64,000 nucleotides of DNA from positions 11,098,001 through 11,162,000 of the forward strand of contig OZ176051.1 of the NCBI GenBank assembly GCA_964247055.1, written 5' to 3'. Shown here in pieces: positions 1 through 13,400 of the stretch. The first letter of the stretch is position 1. The number at the start of each line of letters is the position of its first letter. Below the pieces are notes generated by a model. It saw only the letters and a program-made list of their open reading frames with translations, did no database searches and was not told the origin of the DNA. This DNA comes from Paragordius varius (lineage: Eukaryota; Animalia; Nematomorpha). The translations under genes and the position numbers were made by a program.

Positions 1-711
1 CATTTAATAAAAACAACTTTTTTCTAAAATTATTAACATTTTTGTTTAAAAAAACCTAGTTTTAAAAATAATAATAATCTTTTTCAAGAGCTTTTTAGAC
101 TTACTATCGTTTTTAACGAGAGATCAAATTCATAACTTAATTTAGTCCTAACCTTATATTTATCTTTTAAAATATTTTTGAAAAACGTTCGTATTGAAGA
201 AAAGTCTATATTGATTATAAATATGTTAAAAATAATAGGATAGATGAATGAGTCATAGCTTATTAATTATTGTTATAATCAAAATAAAAAAAGGGAACTT
301 GAAAATGGTTAATGAGCAACTTGAAGTACGAAAGTCATATATTTGATTTTTGACCAGTCAAAAAATTACAACCAATTACCGATGTATATGAACCGTAATT
401 ATTGCCACAAATACGTAAAATAATCTTACCCAAACTAATGATTGTAATAATCACAATACAATAAAAAAATTACTCAAATGTGAAAAAATTGTATTAAATA
501 AATGAGGCACGTGATAGACATTTTAGTTAGCAGCCACTATTAAGGTCATAAATATTTTCAAAACCAAAAACTTGTTAAAAAAATTAGACAAGCATACTTT
601 TTTATTACAGATTTTGACACATGATACTTACAAAAAAATTCAACTTTTATATCTTTTAATGCAAAAAAACTTGCTTGCTTCATTTTTTTCCGTCTACTAT
701 AATTATTTTAG

Positions 712-3700
712 GATCAAGAACTTTTCTTTTTCCACGAACTCAGTCCCGGGTCCTGCTTTTTTTATCCGAAGGGAGCGCATATTTACAACACTTTGGTCGA
801 TTTTATCAGGGGTGAATATAAACGCCGTGATTTCACGGAAGTCATTACACCCAACATGTACAACGCTAAACTTTGGCAAATATCTGGACATTGGCAACAC
901 TATGCGGTATATATAAAGCATTTACAGTTTAAATTCACCCTTGAACAATTCAATTTCACCCTAATAATAAATTATGTGTTTTCGAACTAATATAAATCAT
1001 TAATAATATGAAATTTATCTTTATGGCATAGTTGATTTTTTCAGTATTATTTTAATTTAAAACATTTTTTATTTTTTAAAAAATATAAAATTATAGGTAA
1101 TTTTTAATCTCAAAAAAATATATTTGATTTGAGGGTGAATTCGAATGTATATATAAAAGATGAAACTTTTTTTCTCGATTAAAGGCAATAGTTTTTTACT
1201 TTTTTTAAAAAAAATGTAAGGTAAACATATTCAGTAATTTACAATTACAACTATTTTGAATAAAGATGTTTCTTAAATATTAATAGATGAAATGGTTTTG
1301 AAACTAAAAGTATTTTTTGACAATATGGATATCTTTGGATGTTTTCACATATTTGCCATTTTTGAAAAATATTACGTTTTATTCAGATATTCAAATTACT
1401 TTCTCATACGTTACATATATCATTTTTTTAAATAGTTGTTTGTCGGTCAAATTTAGCATTTAATATTTTTAACACCGACCAATTTTTAAATATTTTTGAT
1501 TATAAATTATGCTTATATTATTTATTTATAGAATAAAATTTTACAAATTTGCCGTTTTTTCACACTAATATAAAACATATCAATATTTTTTTGAAGAATG
1601 TCAATTTTAAAGTAAAATACCCCCTATTTTTAGGATAACATGTTTATTATTGATGAAAATTGTCCGGGCTCTAATAAAAATCAATCATCCATGAATGATA
1701 CACAAACTGAAAACCCGACAAATATATTTGCTAATGGTGCCTCCACCAAAAATACTGATGATAGCAACACTGCAACGATTGAAGCATCATTTTCTCATTC
1801 GTTAAATTTAGCTCCTACAAGTATACAAATCAAAACATTTAATAAACCATATTATATAAATATTATTTACAATTCGAATAAACTTCTAATCTCTTACAAT
1901 TCAAAAATACCCTCAAATAAAATATATATGTTTTTAAGATTGAAAATTACCTATATTTTTATATATTTTTAAAAAATAAAAATTTTGTTTTAGAATAAAA
2001 TTTTATTTATAAAGATATATTTCATATTAATTGAGTTATATAAGTTCAAAAACACATAATCCATTTTTAGGGTGAATTTGAATAGTTCAAGGGTGGATTT
2101 GAATCAAGTGTGAATTCGAACTGTAAATGGTATATTTGAAAAAGCATGGTTAGTTTTATAATTAAAATTTAAAAAATAGATTAAAAAACGTTTATCACAT
2201 TATGACATCTTAGACGATAGCGGTTGTTTTCTCTTTATAAATTTTAATCGATCGCATAGATTATTTAAAAGATAATTTTTGAATCATAAGATCATCCATT
2301 GATAACAATAATTAGATATAGAGTGTGTTTGTCACCTTATTTTTTTTTCAAACAAAAAACATTGATAATCTGAAAATTTATAAAACCAGTTGTTTTTTTT
2401 TACTAAAAGCGAATTAGTTTACGTTGAATCAATTTCAATAGTTTTTGGAAAATCATATATCTATTAATTTAAATATACCATCAGTTCAAATTCACCCTCA
2501 AACAATTCAAATTCACCCTAAAAATAAATTATGTTTTTTCGAACTAATATAATTCATTATTAATATAAAATATATGTTTATGGTATAGTTTATTATTTTT
2601 TCAGTATTATTTTAATTTAAAATATTTTATTTTTTAAAAATATATAAAATATAGGTAATTTTTAATTTTAAAAAACATATATTTTATTGAGGGTGAATTT
2701 GAATTGTTCGAGGGTGAATTTGAATTGTTCGAGGGTGAATTTGAATTGTTCAAGGGTGAATTTGAATTGTTTAAGGGTGAAATTGAATTGTAAATGGTAT
2801 ATATCAAAGTTTAAGCCGTAGTTTCAAAAAATTAACGTATATTTTTACCCAATTAAATATTATTATAATAATTGTGTTATCTTTTAATTGCAATAACAAA
2901 ATCCACCTATCTAAACTCTATATAAAAAGAATATGATTATCGTTGTCAGTTTTTGTAATTTGATTATCACACATATTTATTTAAAGCATATAGAATCCTT
3001 ATTTTACACATTAACTTCGCAGCAAATAACTTCTACTAACTTTACATATTTAATAAATAAAAATATTTTGCAACACATCAGCAAGTTTTAAGCTTGCAAA
3101 TTTAATTATATATTATATATTTTTTATAAAAATTATCATCCAATTTAATTCAAAAATTAATAAAGGTGAAACGTATGCCCTAAAACCTATGAATTGTCCT
3201 GGGCATTGTCTTATGTTTCGACAGCGAAATCCGCGGAGTTGGCGTGAGTTACCTATGCGTTTAGCCGATTTTGGCGTCCTACATCGCAATGAATTACGTG
3301 GCGCTTTAACTGGTCTTACTCGGGTCCGGAGATTTGTACAGGATGATGCACACATTTTTTGTGCCGTTGAACAGGTATGTGTATTAGAATAAAAATATAA
3401 AAATGTAAAAAGTTTTAGAGAGGTCCGCGTGGTACACCATATTACAGTCATGTATGTTTTATTTTAACGAAAAAATTCATTTTTTTTCGTTAAATGGGTA
3501 TAAAAATATTTGGTGAAGAATGGAAAAAAACAAGAGCTCTATGGTATTACAGTCATGTATGTTTAGAATTGGCAAACATACGTTTTTAATTGATTTTACT
3601 TTGTTTTCAATTGTAATGATGTTTGATATGTCAACTTTTAACATGCGCATTTTTAAGCCTAAAATAATAATAGCCTATTTATTGCAAACCATTAAAACAA

Positions 3701-6700
3701 AGTAAAATTATTTAAAAACTTATGTTTGACAATTCTAAACATACATGACTGTAACAATATCACATTCATCGAAAAAGTATATAATAATTACCATAGAGCT
3801 CTTGTTTTTTCCATTCTTTACCAAATATTTATATACCCATTTAATGAAAAAAAATTAATTTTTGATAAAAATAAAGGAGACATGACTGTATACTGATAAA
3901 AATGATGTTAACTGTTTGACACATTTGCACATATTTATGCGCCAAACAAGTACATCAAAATATTTAATAAATAGTTCTTAGGGCCGCATGCGGCTTATGG
4001 GCTGTGGTTTGAATACCACTGATCCATGTATTAAAATTTAAAATAAAAATACGAATGGACAAAGTTAAAATTCTTGTAATTTTGCTTGTATGATGCGAGC
4101 CATATTAACAGATCATATTCTAATGCCCGCTTTAATACTTATTGGGGTTGTTGACGACCCTAGGCCTCTTAAAATTAGAAATACATTGAATGTATTGAAT
4201 CCTATTTAAAAGTTTGCTTTTATACATATCACATTGATTCACCAAAATCAAATTGACCTGTTATTTAATATTTTAGTTAAAAACTAGACCAAATGGCCAC
4301 ATGCGGCCCCTGAAATTTTCAGCAGCTCGCGAGACATGTGATAAAGACCGATTAAATAAGTTTTAATCATAATTTTATTGACTTAAAATTTGAAGTAAAA
4401 TAAATATCTTTATTTATTTTTGTCTAATATAAAAATGGATATTCAAAAATTTTGCAGTTTTTTAAACATGATATATAATTGGCACAACGCTTATAAATAT
4501 AAAGGGAAATTTTTCATATTTCATATATAGTCATATAAAGTAAATTTAATACCATTTACAGTTCGAATTCATCCTTGAACAAATTCAAATTTACTCTAAA
4601 AATAAATTATGTATTTTCGAACTAATATAACTCCTTATTAATATAAAATATATTTTTATGGCATAGTTTATTATTTTAATTTAAAACATATTTTTATTTT
4701 TCAAAAGTATAGGTAAATTTTAATTTTAAAAAACATATAATTTATTTGAGGGTGAATTTGAATTGTTCAAGGGTATTTTAATTGTTTAAGGGTGAATTTA
4801 TCTTTTGTGTCCTTAGATTGAAGATGAAATTAAATCGTGTTTAGAATTCCTTTCAGACGTTTATTCTGTGCTGGGATTCAGTTTTAAACTTTATCTCTCT
4901 ACCAGGCCTGAAAAATTTATGGGAGATCCCAAGAAGTGGGATTTAGCTGAAAAGGTTGTTTTTTTCGATTGAAATACTTTTTTAACTTTAACTTTTATAG
5001 ATTTTAGGGAACTAATAAATTTGTTATATATCAATTTTCATTAAAATTATTAAAACATATTTTAAACCAAATAATAAAATTTAAATCATCAATTTATATA
5101 GGTTATTTATATACTTATTAATATAATAAACGATATTTTCAATATTCATAACCAAATAGGGCATTTTACGCAAAAATTATTCGTGGAAAAAAATTTAATT
5201 ATGTATATTAAAATTTATTATTTTCATTTCCTATTATTATTATCATTATTAATATGAAATATCTTATTAACCATTTTTTAATTTTTATGGAATGACATAG
5301 CAATTGGCAACCAGTTTAGACAATTTTGGGAAACCCTGGACCCTAAACCCAGGTGATGGAGCTTTCTATGGACCTAAAGTAATTTTTCCATACTATATTT
5401 GTTTTAAAATAAAAAATTTTTGAAATTTATGTTAATATGAATTTATTTCCACCCTTTTTATCATATATTTTTATAAAATGTTAACACGGAGCTACTTTTT
5501 GCTGTTTTCCAGAGATTTTTACAAATAAATATTTGGTTCTCTTGTTTTGATATTAATGATTTTGATCAAGTTCCAAATTTTTTTTCATTACTTGATATTT
5601 AATCACAAATGTATGGAAAAATCAATATTATAAAAATGAAAATAATTTTATCAAAAAAAAGACAAATATTTTTTTTATAAAGTCTGCCATAGTCTTATAA
5701 AATTAATTTTTTTTTATAATACCCTTTGGATTAGGCTAGTAAAATATTTTATTACCAATATAAATTTTTATGTTATTTTACAACCCAAATATATTATTTT
5801 AAAAAAAGAGTCAACGTTAAAATGGTATGGTTGTCTTTATACAAAACAAGTTGTATTTTAGTTTTACGTATAATTTAATTTTAAATTTTTACTGCAAATA
5901 ACATACAACATGGTTTTGGTTTCAAACTTTTATTTTACTCTTATTATATAAAATATATAAATTTCAAAATATTTTTATTCTCAATAAAAAACGTTCAATT
6001 AAGGCTAATACCTTACATATTTTACACATAAATTCTTTCACGGACCAATATAGATTGATATTATATTAATGGATGCACTACAAAGGCAACATCAATGTGC
6101 AACGATTCAACTCGATTTCCAACTCCCTGAACGATTTGACCTAACTTATGAAACGTAAATTAATTCAATTTTTCCCTAAAAATTCGAATAAAATTATATT
6201 TAAGCTTAATGTTTTCGCAGAGAATGTAAATTAGTCATATATATATAATTAAAAATAAAACCAGCCAAAAGAATTTTTTTTATAAAAACCATGATCTTTA
6301 ACCGTCATTTTTAGTTTAACCTATTGTTTTGGGGAGTAACACATTTAATTTTATATGCAATTACTCAAATATAAGGTTTAAAAAACCGGGATATTAATAT
6401 ATGGGCCATTTTATGAAAATATTAGTTTTTTACGTTTTATATTTTAATTTTTTAATGAATTTATTTATAATAACTTTGATACAATTATTATGTGAATTTA
6501 TAAATTCAATTTTACTATTTTTTTCTCTCTCAAAAAATTTTGATTATAATTTCACATAGAGGAAATGTCCAGGCTAATGAATCAAATAATACATCAAATT
6601 TGGCCCGACCTGTAATAATACATCGTGCTATTTTGGGTTCTTTAGAAAGAATGATTGCAATCCTAACTGAAAATTACGGGGGGAAATGGTAATAATATTT

Positions 6701-7941
6701 TTTACTTATATGTGATTTGTCAGAAAAGATTTAATATACGAATAAACTGAAAAATCTGTTTTAATTTTCGTGATACCCACTAGAAATTGTGAATAATTAT
6801 TAAAAGTTTTAATGAATTTTTGCTTTTATGTTTGTAATTAGATGTTAAATTAACACTATTTAATCTATGGTGCTCTGATTAGAACGGATTGTTTCTGTTT
6901 TTTACTAATAATCAGCTGTTCGGTTCCATTTTTGAATTATTTTTACCCGTAAATCTATAAAAGTAACGCTATTCTCTATTAATTTATATTTTTTATAGGC
7001 CATTTTGGTTGTCACCCAATCAGATTGCCATTTTACCCATCAGTGAAAAGTTTGATTCATATGCCGAAGAATTATTGCACACCTTAAAGCATAAACACGG
7101 TTATCAAGTACATGCTGTATGTGATTCGGGTGAAACGTTAAACAAAAAAATACGGAATGCTCAATTGGAACAAACTAATTTTATTTTGGGTAAGAAACAT
7201 ATAACTTTATAAAATGGATAAATAAATTTTTAACTATTTTACCCTGCTTACTTATCATAAATGAAAATGTGTTGTAATGTTTTTTAATTACAATAGCTAC
7301 GATGCCCGCATTTTTACCTATTTGGGGGGGCGTAAAAAAATGCGAATTAATCAATGTTAACATATTTAACCAATTGTTGCAAGTTCATTGCCAAAAACTT
7401 GCTAAATATCATTTTTACCAACACTTATAAAATTAAATAAAATATTTATATTTGAAAGTTTTGCGAATTTTTAATAGGCCCCAAAAACTATCTCGAAGGG
7501 TCGCACGCGGATGCGGTGTTTTAATATAAACTTTCTAACTTTTCTTAATCTGTTTAAAGTATTATTATTATTATTGATGTAGATACATATATGTTTTTAT
7601 GCGTTTGCATGCAAAATTAATTTAGGTATATCAAAATCAATTATTTTGTACAATATAATTGATTTTTGAGTATAAAACTATTTTCCTTATACCATTAATT
7701 CACGGACACACAAAATAGTGTTAAAAATATCTTAGTAAATTTAATATATATATATTCTCCACTTGCATATAATTTAAATATTTTTATAGTTGTGGGAGAA
7801 AAAGAAACTGCTAATCGTACAGTTAATGTACGGACCAGAGAAAATAAAATTTTGGGTGAAATGACACTTGAACGATTTATCCAAGGTTGTCAATCCTTAG
7901 TTTCAACAAAAAGTCCAGATAACGAATTATTTATTGAATAA
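712..7941 (+). CDS. TARS1: Cytoplasmic threonyl-tRNA synthetase, 3' part (5' exons lie upstream of the window). Exons 712-906, 1634-1820, 3166-3374, 4817-4954, 5301-5378, 6054-6154, 6560-6688, 6999-7189, 7790-7941
   Basis: All introns are GT-AG with matching phases (1380 nt, 460 codons). The translation gives the class II ThrRS motifs [121 protein letters not shown] and the anticodon domain VVGEKE..VNVRTR. Stop is TAA at 7939-7941. Confidence 0.96.
919..1150. mobile_element. MITE family A copy (termini CCATTTACAGTTC, 21-bp subterminal repeats), TARS1 intron
   Basis: Inverted ends CATTTACAGTTTAAATTCACCC / GGGTGAATTCGAATG; the internal sequence is shared with other copies. Confidence 0.7.
1960..2130. 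mobile_element. MITE family A partial copy, opposite orientation
   Basis: Ends GGGTGAATTTGAA...GAACTGTAAATGG followed by TA. The left boundary is approximate. Confidence 0.6.
2478..2797. mobile_element. MITE family A copy with an expanded right-arm array (about 5 units of GGGTGAATTTGAATTGTTCGA)
   Basis: TA-flanked inverted termini CCA..CAGTTCAAATTCACCC / GGGTGAAATTGAATTGTAAATGG. Confidence 0.8.
3445..3888. mobile_element. Tc1/mariner-like foldback MITE containing a nested MITE (3550-3751)
   Basis: Outer arms 3445-3547 and about 3790-3888 are inverted copies. The inner element has TIR CAGTCATGTATGTTTAGAATT. Both are TA-flanked. Confidence 0.75.
4552..4800. mobile_element. MITE family A copy ending about 16 nt before the TARS1 acceptor at 4816
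   Basis: Starts CCATTTACAGTTCGAATTC with the same internal sequence as 919-1150. Confidence 0.75.
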
Positions 7942-9841
7942 CCAACAACCGAGATTGAACTTGATTAGTTAAATTCTCACTACTCTTAATCATATAATTT
8001 TTTCTCTATATAAATATAAATTGCTTTGAATGGTTAATGATCCCTTGTGATTTAGCATTAATTTTCACGCCTCTCTTAGTGACATAAAACACAATTAAAC
8101 TAATTGATACACGCAATACATAATATGGAATATAATTTTTGGATAAAATTTTATAAATCAATTTCCACTACTGCATAATTGTCCTTTTTTATGATTTAGT
8201 TTGTTACTATTATCTGGCAATTTCTCTAACATATTCCATTATAATAAATTATATATATATATATATATGGTATAATTATTTTATGACCACATGATCGTTG
8301 ATTGTAGAGGCATGAGAATATGCGTGGTAAAAAGTAAATATTTCTATTTTTTAGATAATATTTAAATAATACATTTGTTTTAATATGAATATAAAATCGA
8401 TTTTTTTACAATTTTCAATAATTTTAGTGTTTTAATCTACAATCAAATAGCATAATAAAAACGGGTACAAAAATGACAAATTTACCACCATTCCTTTTAA
8501 CAAAATAATATTTACACTATAGTAAATTTAAAATTGCCCATGGTTTTCCTAGAATAGAATTACAACCGTTTTGATTTATATTTATTGTTTGCCTAATTAA
8601 ATGGTTACGATTCTATTATTATAATTACTTCATTATTTTAATGTTTGATTATCAAACATAAACTTATCTGTTTATAAATAAAAATGTAGAGTAATGGCTG
8701 AGAAAAAATTTCCAAAAAATGCCAATTGGTTTAACCTAAAATCAAAAATTATATTTTGTTATTTTATTAAAAAAGTTGGTGTTCAAGACTCCGACCCTTG
8801 AAAAAGACGCCACCTTAAAAAATAACGTGGTGAATGGTTTGTTTTTCCAAAAGGGGGTATCTTCAAAAACATTTATAAATATCTAAAAAGGTTTTTAAAT
8901 AAAAAATACATTTTAAAAGTTTTTTAAATTTCTACAATCAACGATCTTTCCTGGAATCATACATAAGACCTTATGAAGGTTTGAATTTGCAGCCAAAAGA
9001 TAAGACTTGGGTTAAGAATCAAATATAATATAATACAAGATTTAAGTTATTAATAGCGAAAAGAAAAAATTGCCGAATATGGTATTCTATAAAATGCTAT
9101 TTCCTTTCATTGATCCATAACTCTAAAGAAATCATTACAAATTCAAAAAAATACAATTTTACATGTTCATCTCTTGTATGTCAACATCATACAGTCCATT
9201 TATTTGTTTAAACGATTTTCATTTTTATGTAAATTGTATAACGTTTAAAATGTTAAAAAAATTAAAATGACCTAGGGCTCCAAGGTCTTTGTGGTCGGTA
9301 GAATTCTTTTACGTATTTAATAAAGGCATGATGCCCAGGGAGAGTTATATTAGTGCTACCAAATAAATAGCTTGTCCTAAAAATAACTTTCCAGAAACCC
9401 CATGCATACTATAAATTCTATACTAAAACAAAAACAAATCCGATTTTAAAAACGTTACAGTAAAATATGCCTGAAAACAAAGAAATAATTAAATTCAAAT
9501 ATTAATATCAGTTATTTGGTCAAATAATTACAATGAATATTTTTTGGGCCATCTTTACATTGTTGACATTAGAAAATAATAATGTTTTTAAAGATAACTT
9601 TTTTACAAATCCCCTGCAACAATTTCTTTATAATGTTTTGTTTAAAAAATATGTTTTGATATAATAAGCATATATGGTTGTTGTAAGAAACATCCACCGC
9701 TAATTCAAATATATTATATCATTAGCCCGTAATTTCTAGCTTTTAATCACAATTGATCTTATAAAGAATCGTCCAATAAATGCATAATAATAAATAGTAA
9801 TTAAATATAAATAATTTATTGAGCCAAATATGTAAAATATT

Positions 9842-10273
9842 TCATCTTTTTTGATCAGTTTCATTTTTCGGTAATTGCAACATTGGGTTTTTAGCTAAAA
9901 TAATAATAATAAAATATACCTTTCCCATCACAAGCGACTACTTTGACTTTAGAAACTTTAAGTAAATCAGACATTTCACGAAATTCAACATCATTTAAAA
10001 GGAATGTCCAAACATTATCACAAAAACGATAAGTGTTTAGGTGACCAGCCTAAAATAAAATTTCAGATACTCTGAAGTTTATGCGAGATCGGACGCGGCT
10101 TGTCAAAGCAGTATTAATGACCTTATCATATTGCACCAAGATCTTGTACTTAATTTGCGGTGTTATTTGACCAGCCTTAATAGAATAAGAATAAAAACTA
10201 CTTCAAGCATTTCATCAAGCGTTTCTTGCAACGCAAGTCCCAATGTAGTGTTTCGGTATATTTGATAATTCAT
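9842..10273 (-). CDS. GTF2A2: Transcription initiation factor IIA gamma subunit, 119 aa. Exons 10273-10202, 10175-10071, 10049-9920, 9894-9842; introns of 26, 21 and 25 nt
   Basis: Spliced translation [102 protein letters not shown] matches the highly conserved TFIIA-gamma sequence. It is absent from the ORF track because every exon is short. Confidence 0.95.
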
Positions 10274-10416
10274 TTAAATCAATTTTGAACCATGATAGAT
10301 TTTGATTGAATGGATGTTGCGCACACACAAAACCATGTGTTGCTCATTTTTGAAGGTGTGTGTTACATCACCTCAATATGTATTTTATTAATGTCATAAC
10401 TTTTTTATGATAAAAT
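10274..10416. promoter_or_regulatory. Putative bidirectional promoter of GTF2A2 and SLC25A42 (143 nt between ATGs)
   Basis: Divergent start codons at 10273 (-) and 10417 (+). It contains AACCATGTGTT at 10331-10341. Confidence 0.6.
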
Positions 10417-13400
10417 ATGGAAGGGCCTTCAGAATCCCACGAAAAAATTACGCATAATGAATTTAAATTATCCTTCATTACTCTTACGTCAGGGGCTTTG
10501 GCTGGCGCACTTGCGAAAACAGTCATAGCTCCACTCGACCGAACAAAAATAAACTTTCAATCATGTTCTCAAAAAGCTTCCCAACCATTTAGTATTCGAG
10601 CTGGAATTCGTTTTATGATCGATACTGTGCGCGATGAAAAAGCCAATATTTTGGCCGCCAACAATGCGAAATCCGGTGCTTCCCAATTACATTTATCATG
10701 GTGCAATATTAAAGCACTCAAATCTCTTTGGAGAGGGAATACGGCTACTTTGGTACGTATAAGTCCGTTTGCTGCGATTCAATTTACGGCTCATCGACAT
10801 TGGAAGAAGTTTTTGGGGATTGAATCGTTTGAGAAAATAAGCTCCGCTCCTCCTTTATTACCACAGGTTAAGGAGCCAAATGTAATTAGTTCTCCGGTTA
10901 TTGAACGTATACCTAACAAATATTCGTTTCATTCCGGCCCATCGAGGATGCCTTCACAATTAGCGGACAGTTTTAAACGGTTTTTGGCTGGCAGTTTAGC
11001 TGGGCTCACTGCATCATCTCTCACATATCCTTTGGATTTAGCCAGAGCCAGAATGGCCGTTACTCCTAAAAACAAGTTTTTTTATTTTTTTAACCTCAAA
11101 AAATATTTTTTATCAGTATTTTGGAAAAATATTTAAGTAGCTGCTTTGCCTTTTATTTAAGAATATATATATATATATATATATATATTGCTAAATTAAT
11201 CTTTTATTTCTTGGTCTCACTTTCGAAGTTGGCCTTTTAATGCAAGAATAATTTATCATTCAAAGTAAACATAGCATTTTTGCTCAAAAATGGTTAACCT
11301 TGAAATGAACGGATATTCAATCATGCTATATAAATTTTTGACATAATGTTGCATATTAGTTTAGTAGAGTTTTTGTTTACGGCTTAATAATTTTTAGATT
11401 TGTATTCCAAGTTTTCTTGTATGTCAAGGTTACAAATTTTAACAAAAAACGTTAAAATATTTATTTGTATTGTTTAATTTTTAATTATAATTTTAACTAC
11501 AGTATGAGTAAGTATACATTGCTAGAAAGTTAAATTATTGCCAAATAGTAAATACAACAATATACTTATTTTTTTGACTTTTTATTATTATTGGCCAATA
11601 ATACTGCCCTTTGTTGTATTCACTATTTGGCAAATTAATTACTTTCTAGCAATGTATACTTATTCATACTGTAATATGAATATGGTGATATTTGACCAGT
11701 TTTTCAGCGAGTTAACTTAATTGTGTGAAGAATAGATGAGACTGTAGTAAATTTTGTACGGCATTAATTATAATTTAAGTATTTTTGAGTTTTTTTAATT
11801 TTTTATATTGAAATTTGAAAATCATTCAAGCTTTAAATTGTTTCACATTTCTCAAAGATATTCAAATCTCAGTTCCGTTTTCCGTAAAATTGTACGGCTT
11901 GAAGGTTGGCCCGCACTATATCGAGGTGTCACACCTACCCTGCTTGGCTCAATCCCCTATTCTGGCACCAGTTTTTGCACATATGAAACACTCAAACGAA
12001 TCGATATTGGTAAAGAGTTTTATCATTCAGTTAATTACCATGTTTTTTAAAACAATGAAATAAGAAGTACTCAACACAAATAGCCAGTTCGCATATTCTT
12101 CGTAAAAACGGCGAACCATATTAGAAAAGATATATGGACCTTATTATTAAATATTTTTAAACGTACTGTTAATGTTTTCTAGTTCGTCGCCAAAATTTAA
12201 AATACTTGTATAAAAATTGTTTAAAAATTAATTTTACTAAAATCTATATAATAAAGGGAATTTTTGGGGGGATTATTTCATAATTATTGGTAAATTTTCG
12301 AATTCTTTGTGCACACAAAAACTTTGGAGGGCCGCTTTGCTTTTGAACTTATTTTTTGATCTGTAGTGAAAATATTGTTAAAATTATGATATTAAATTTT
12401 AGCAAATATTTTTTTTAAAATTTATGTATGCATGTTTTTAATGGTAGATTATCATAAATCTAAATTCAAAGCCGTTGTTTCGAACGAAAAGTTACCTTCG
12501 TCAGAATATCATATCCCTTCCCATCATAGATTACTGTATGGAGCTTTAGCTGGTTTAGCTGGTCAAACCTCGTCTTATCCATTAGATGTTATACGGAGAC
12601 GAATGCAAACATCACCAAAATACAGTATTTATTTTCTTAAAAGTATCTTACTATGTAACTTTGGGCGGGTGCAAAAATTGAAATTTTTGACCACTGAAAT
12701 CAGTTGTATTGAGTCATTTTATTTTCTTTTTTCTATTTTTCATTTTAATTAATATTTCAATGGTCTTCATGATTCTAAATCAGATAAAATTTTGTGTTTG
12801 CTAATATAGCTAATATCTTTATATTCGGTCAAAAAAGGAATTAGGCCATTTCAATTGAAATTATGTGATTGACAAACATATAACTAATTTTGCAGTTGAT
12901 CATGTAAAAAAATTCGTATAGCTTTTTATAATATCTCAGCATTATGGAATTATGCATTTAAATTTTGGGTATACTATTTTATTTTACATTAATGTTCTCT
13001 TTTCTGCCAGGATATCAATTCTATGAATTTTTTATCGTTTAATAACAAAAAATTAATACTGCCAGGATATCAATTCTATGATTTTTTTATCGTTTAATAA
13101 CAAATAGTCAATATTTTATATTAAAATCAAAATTAATGACCCATAAATTAAAATATATAAACGAATGAAGAAAAAATATTTTTTGTACTATCAAACCTAT
13201 TCCGAATTATATCGAATAAATATTGATGTTAAAAATTTATTTAGGTTAGATATACCATTTTTCAATCGAAAGCAACATTTTTTTAACCAAACGCAAATTT
13301 TTTCAGTTGTCTCTGTTTGAAAAAATGTTGCATTTGACTGAATAATCATATATATATATATATTTAGCCTAATTTTTTTTATGTTTGGGCAATATAGAAC

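Noticed and set aside
572-921. ORFs 572-916 (+) and 703-921 (-)
   Set aside because: Off-frame or antisense shadows of the ThrRS exon 712-906.
8940-9800. Possible decayed Penelope-like RT; similar hints at 15000-15900 and 62330-63050
   Set aside because: Only faint motif echoes in stop-ridden frames; not supportable without a profile search.
13004-13104. Tandem duplication as a cryptic SLC25A42 exon (begins after TTTCTGCCAG)
   Set aside because: There is no suitable donor before a stop, and the gene is complete without it.
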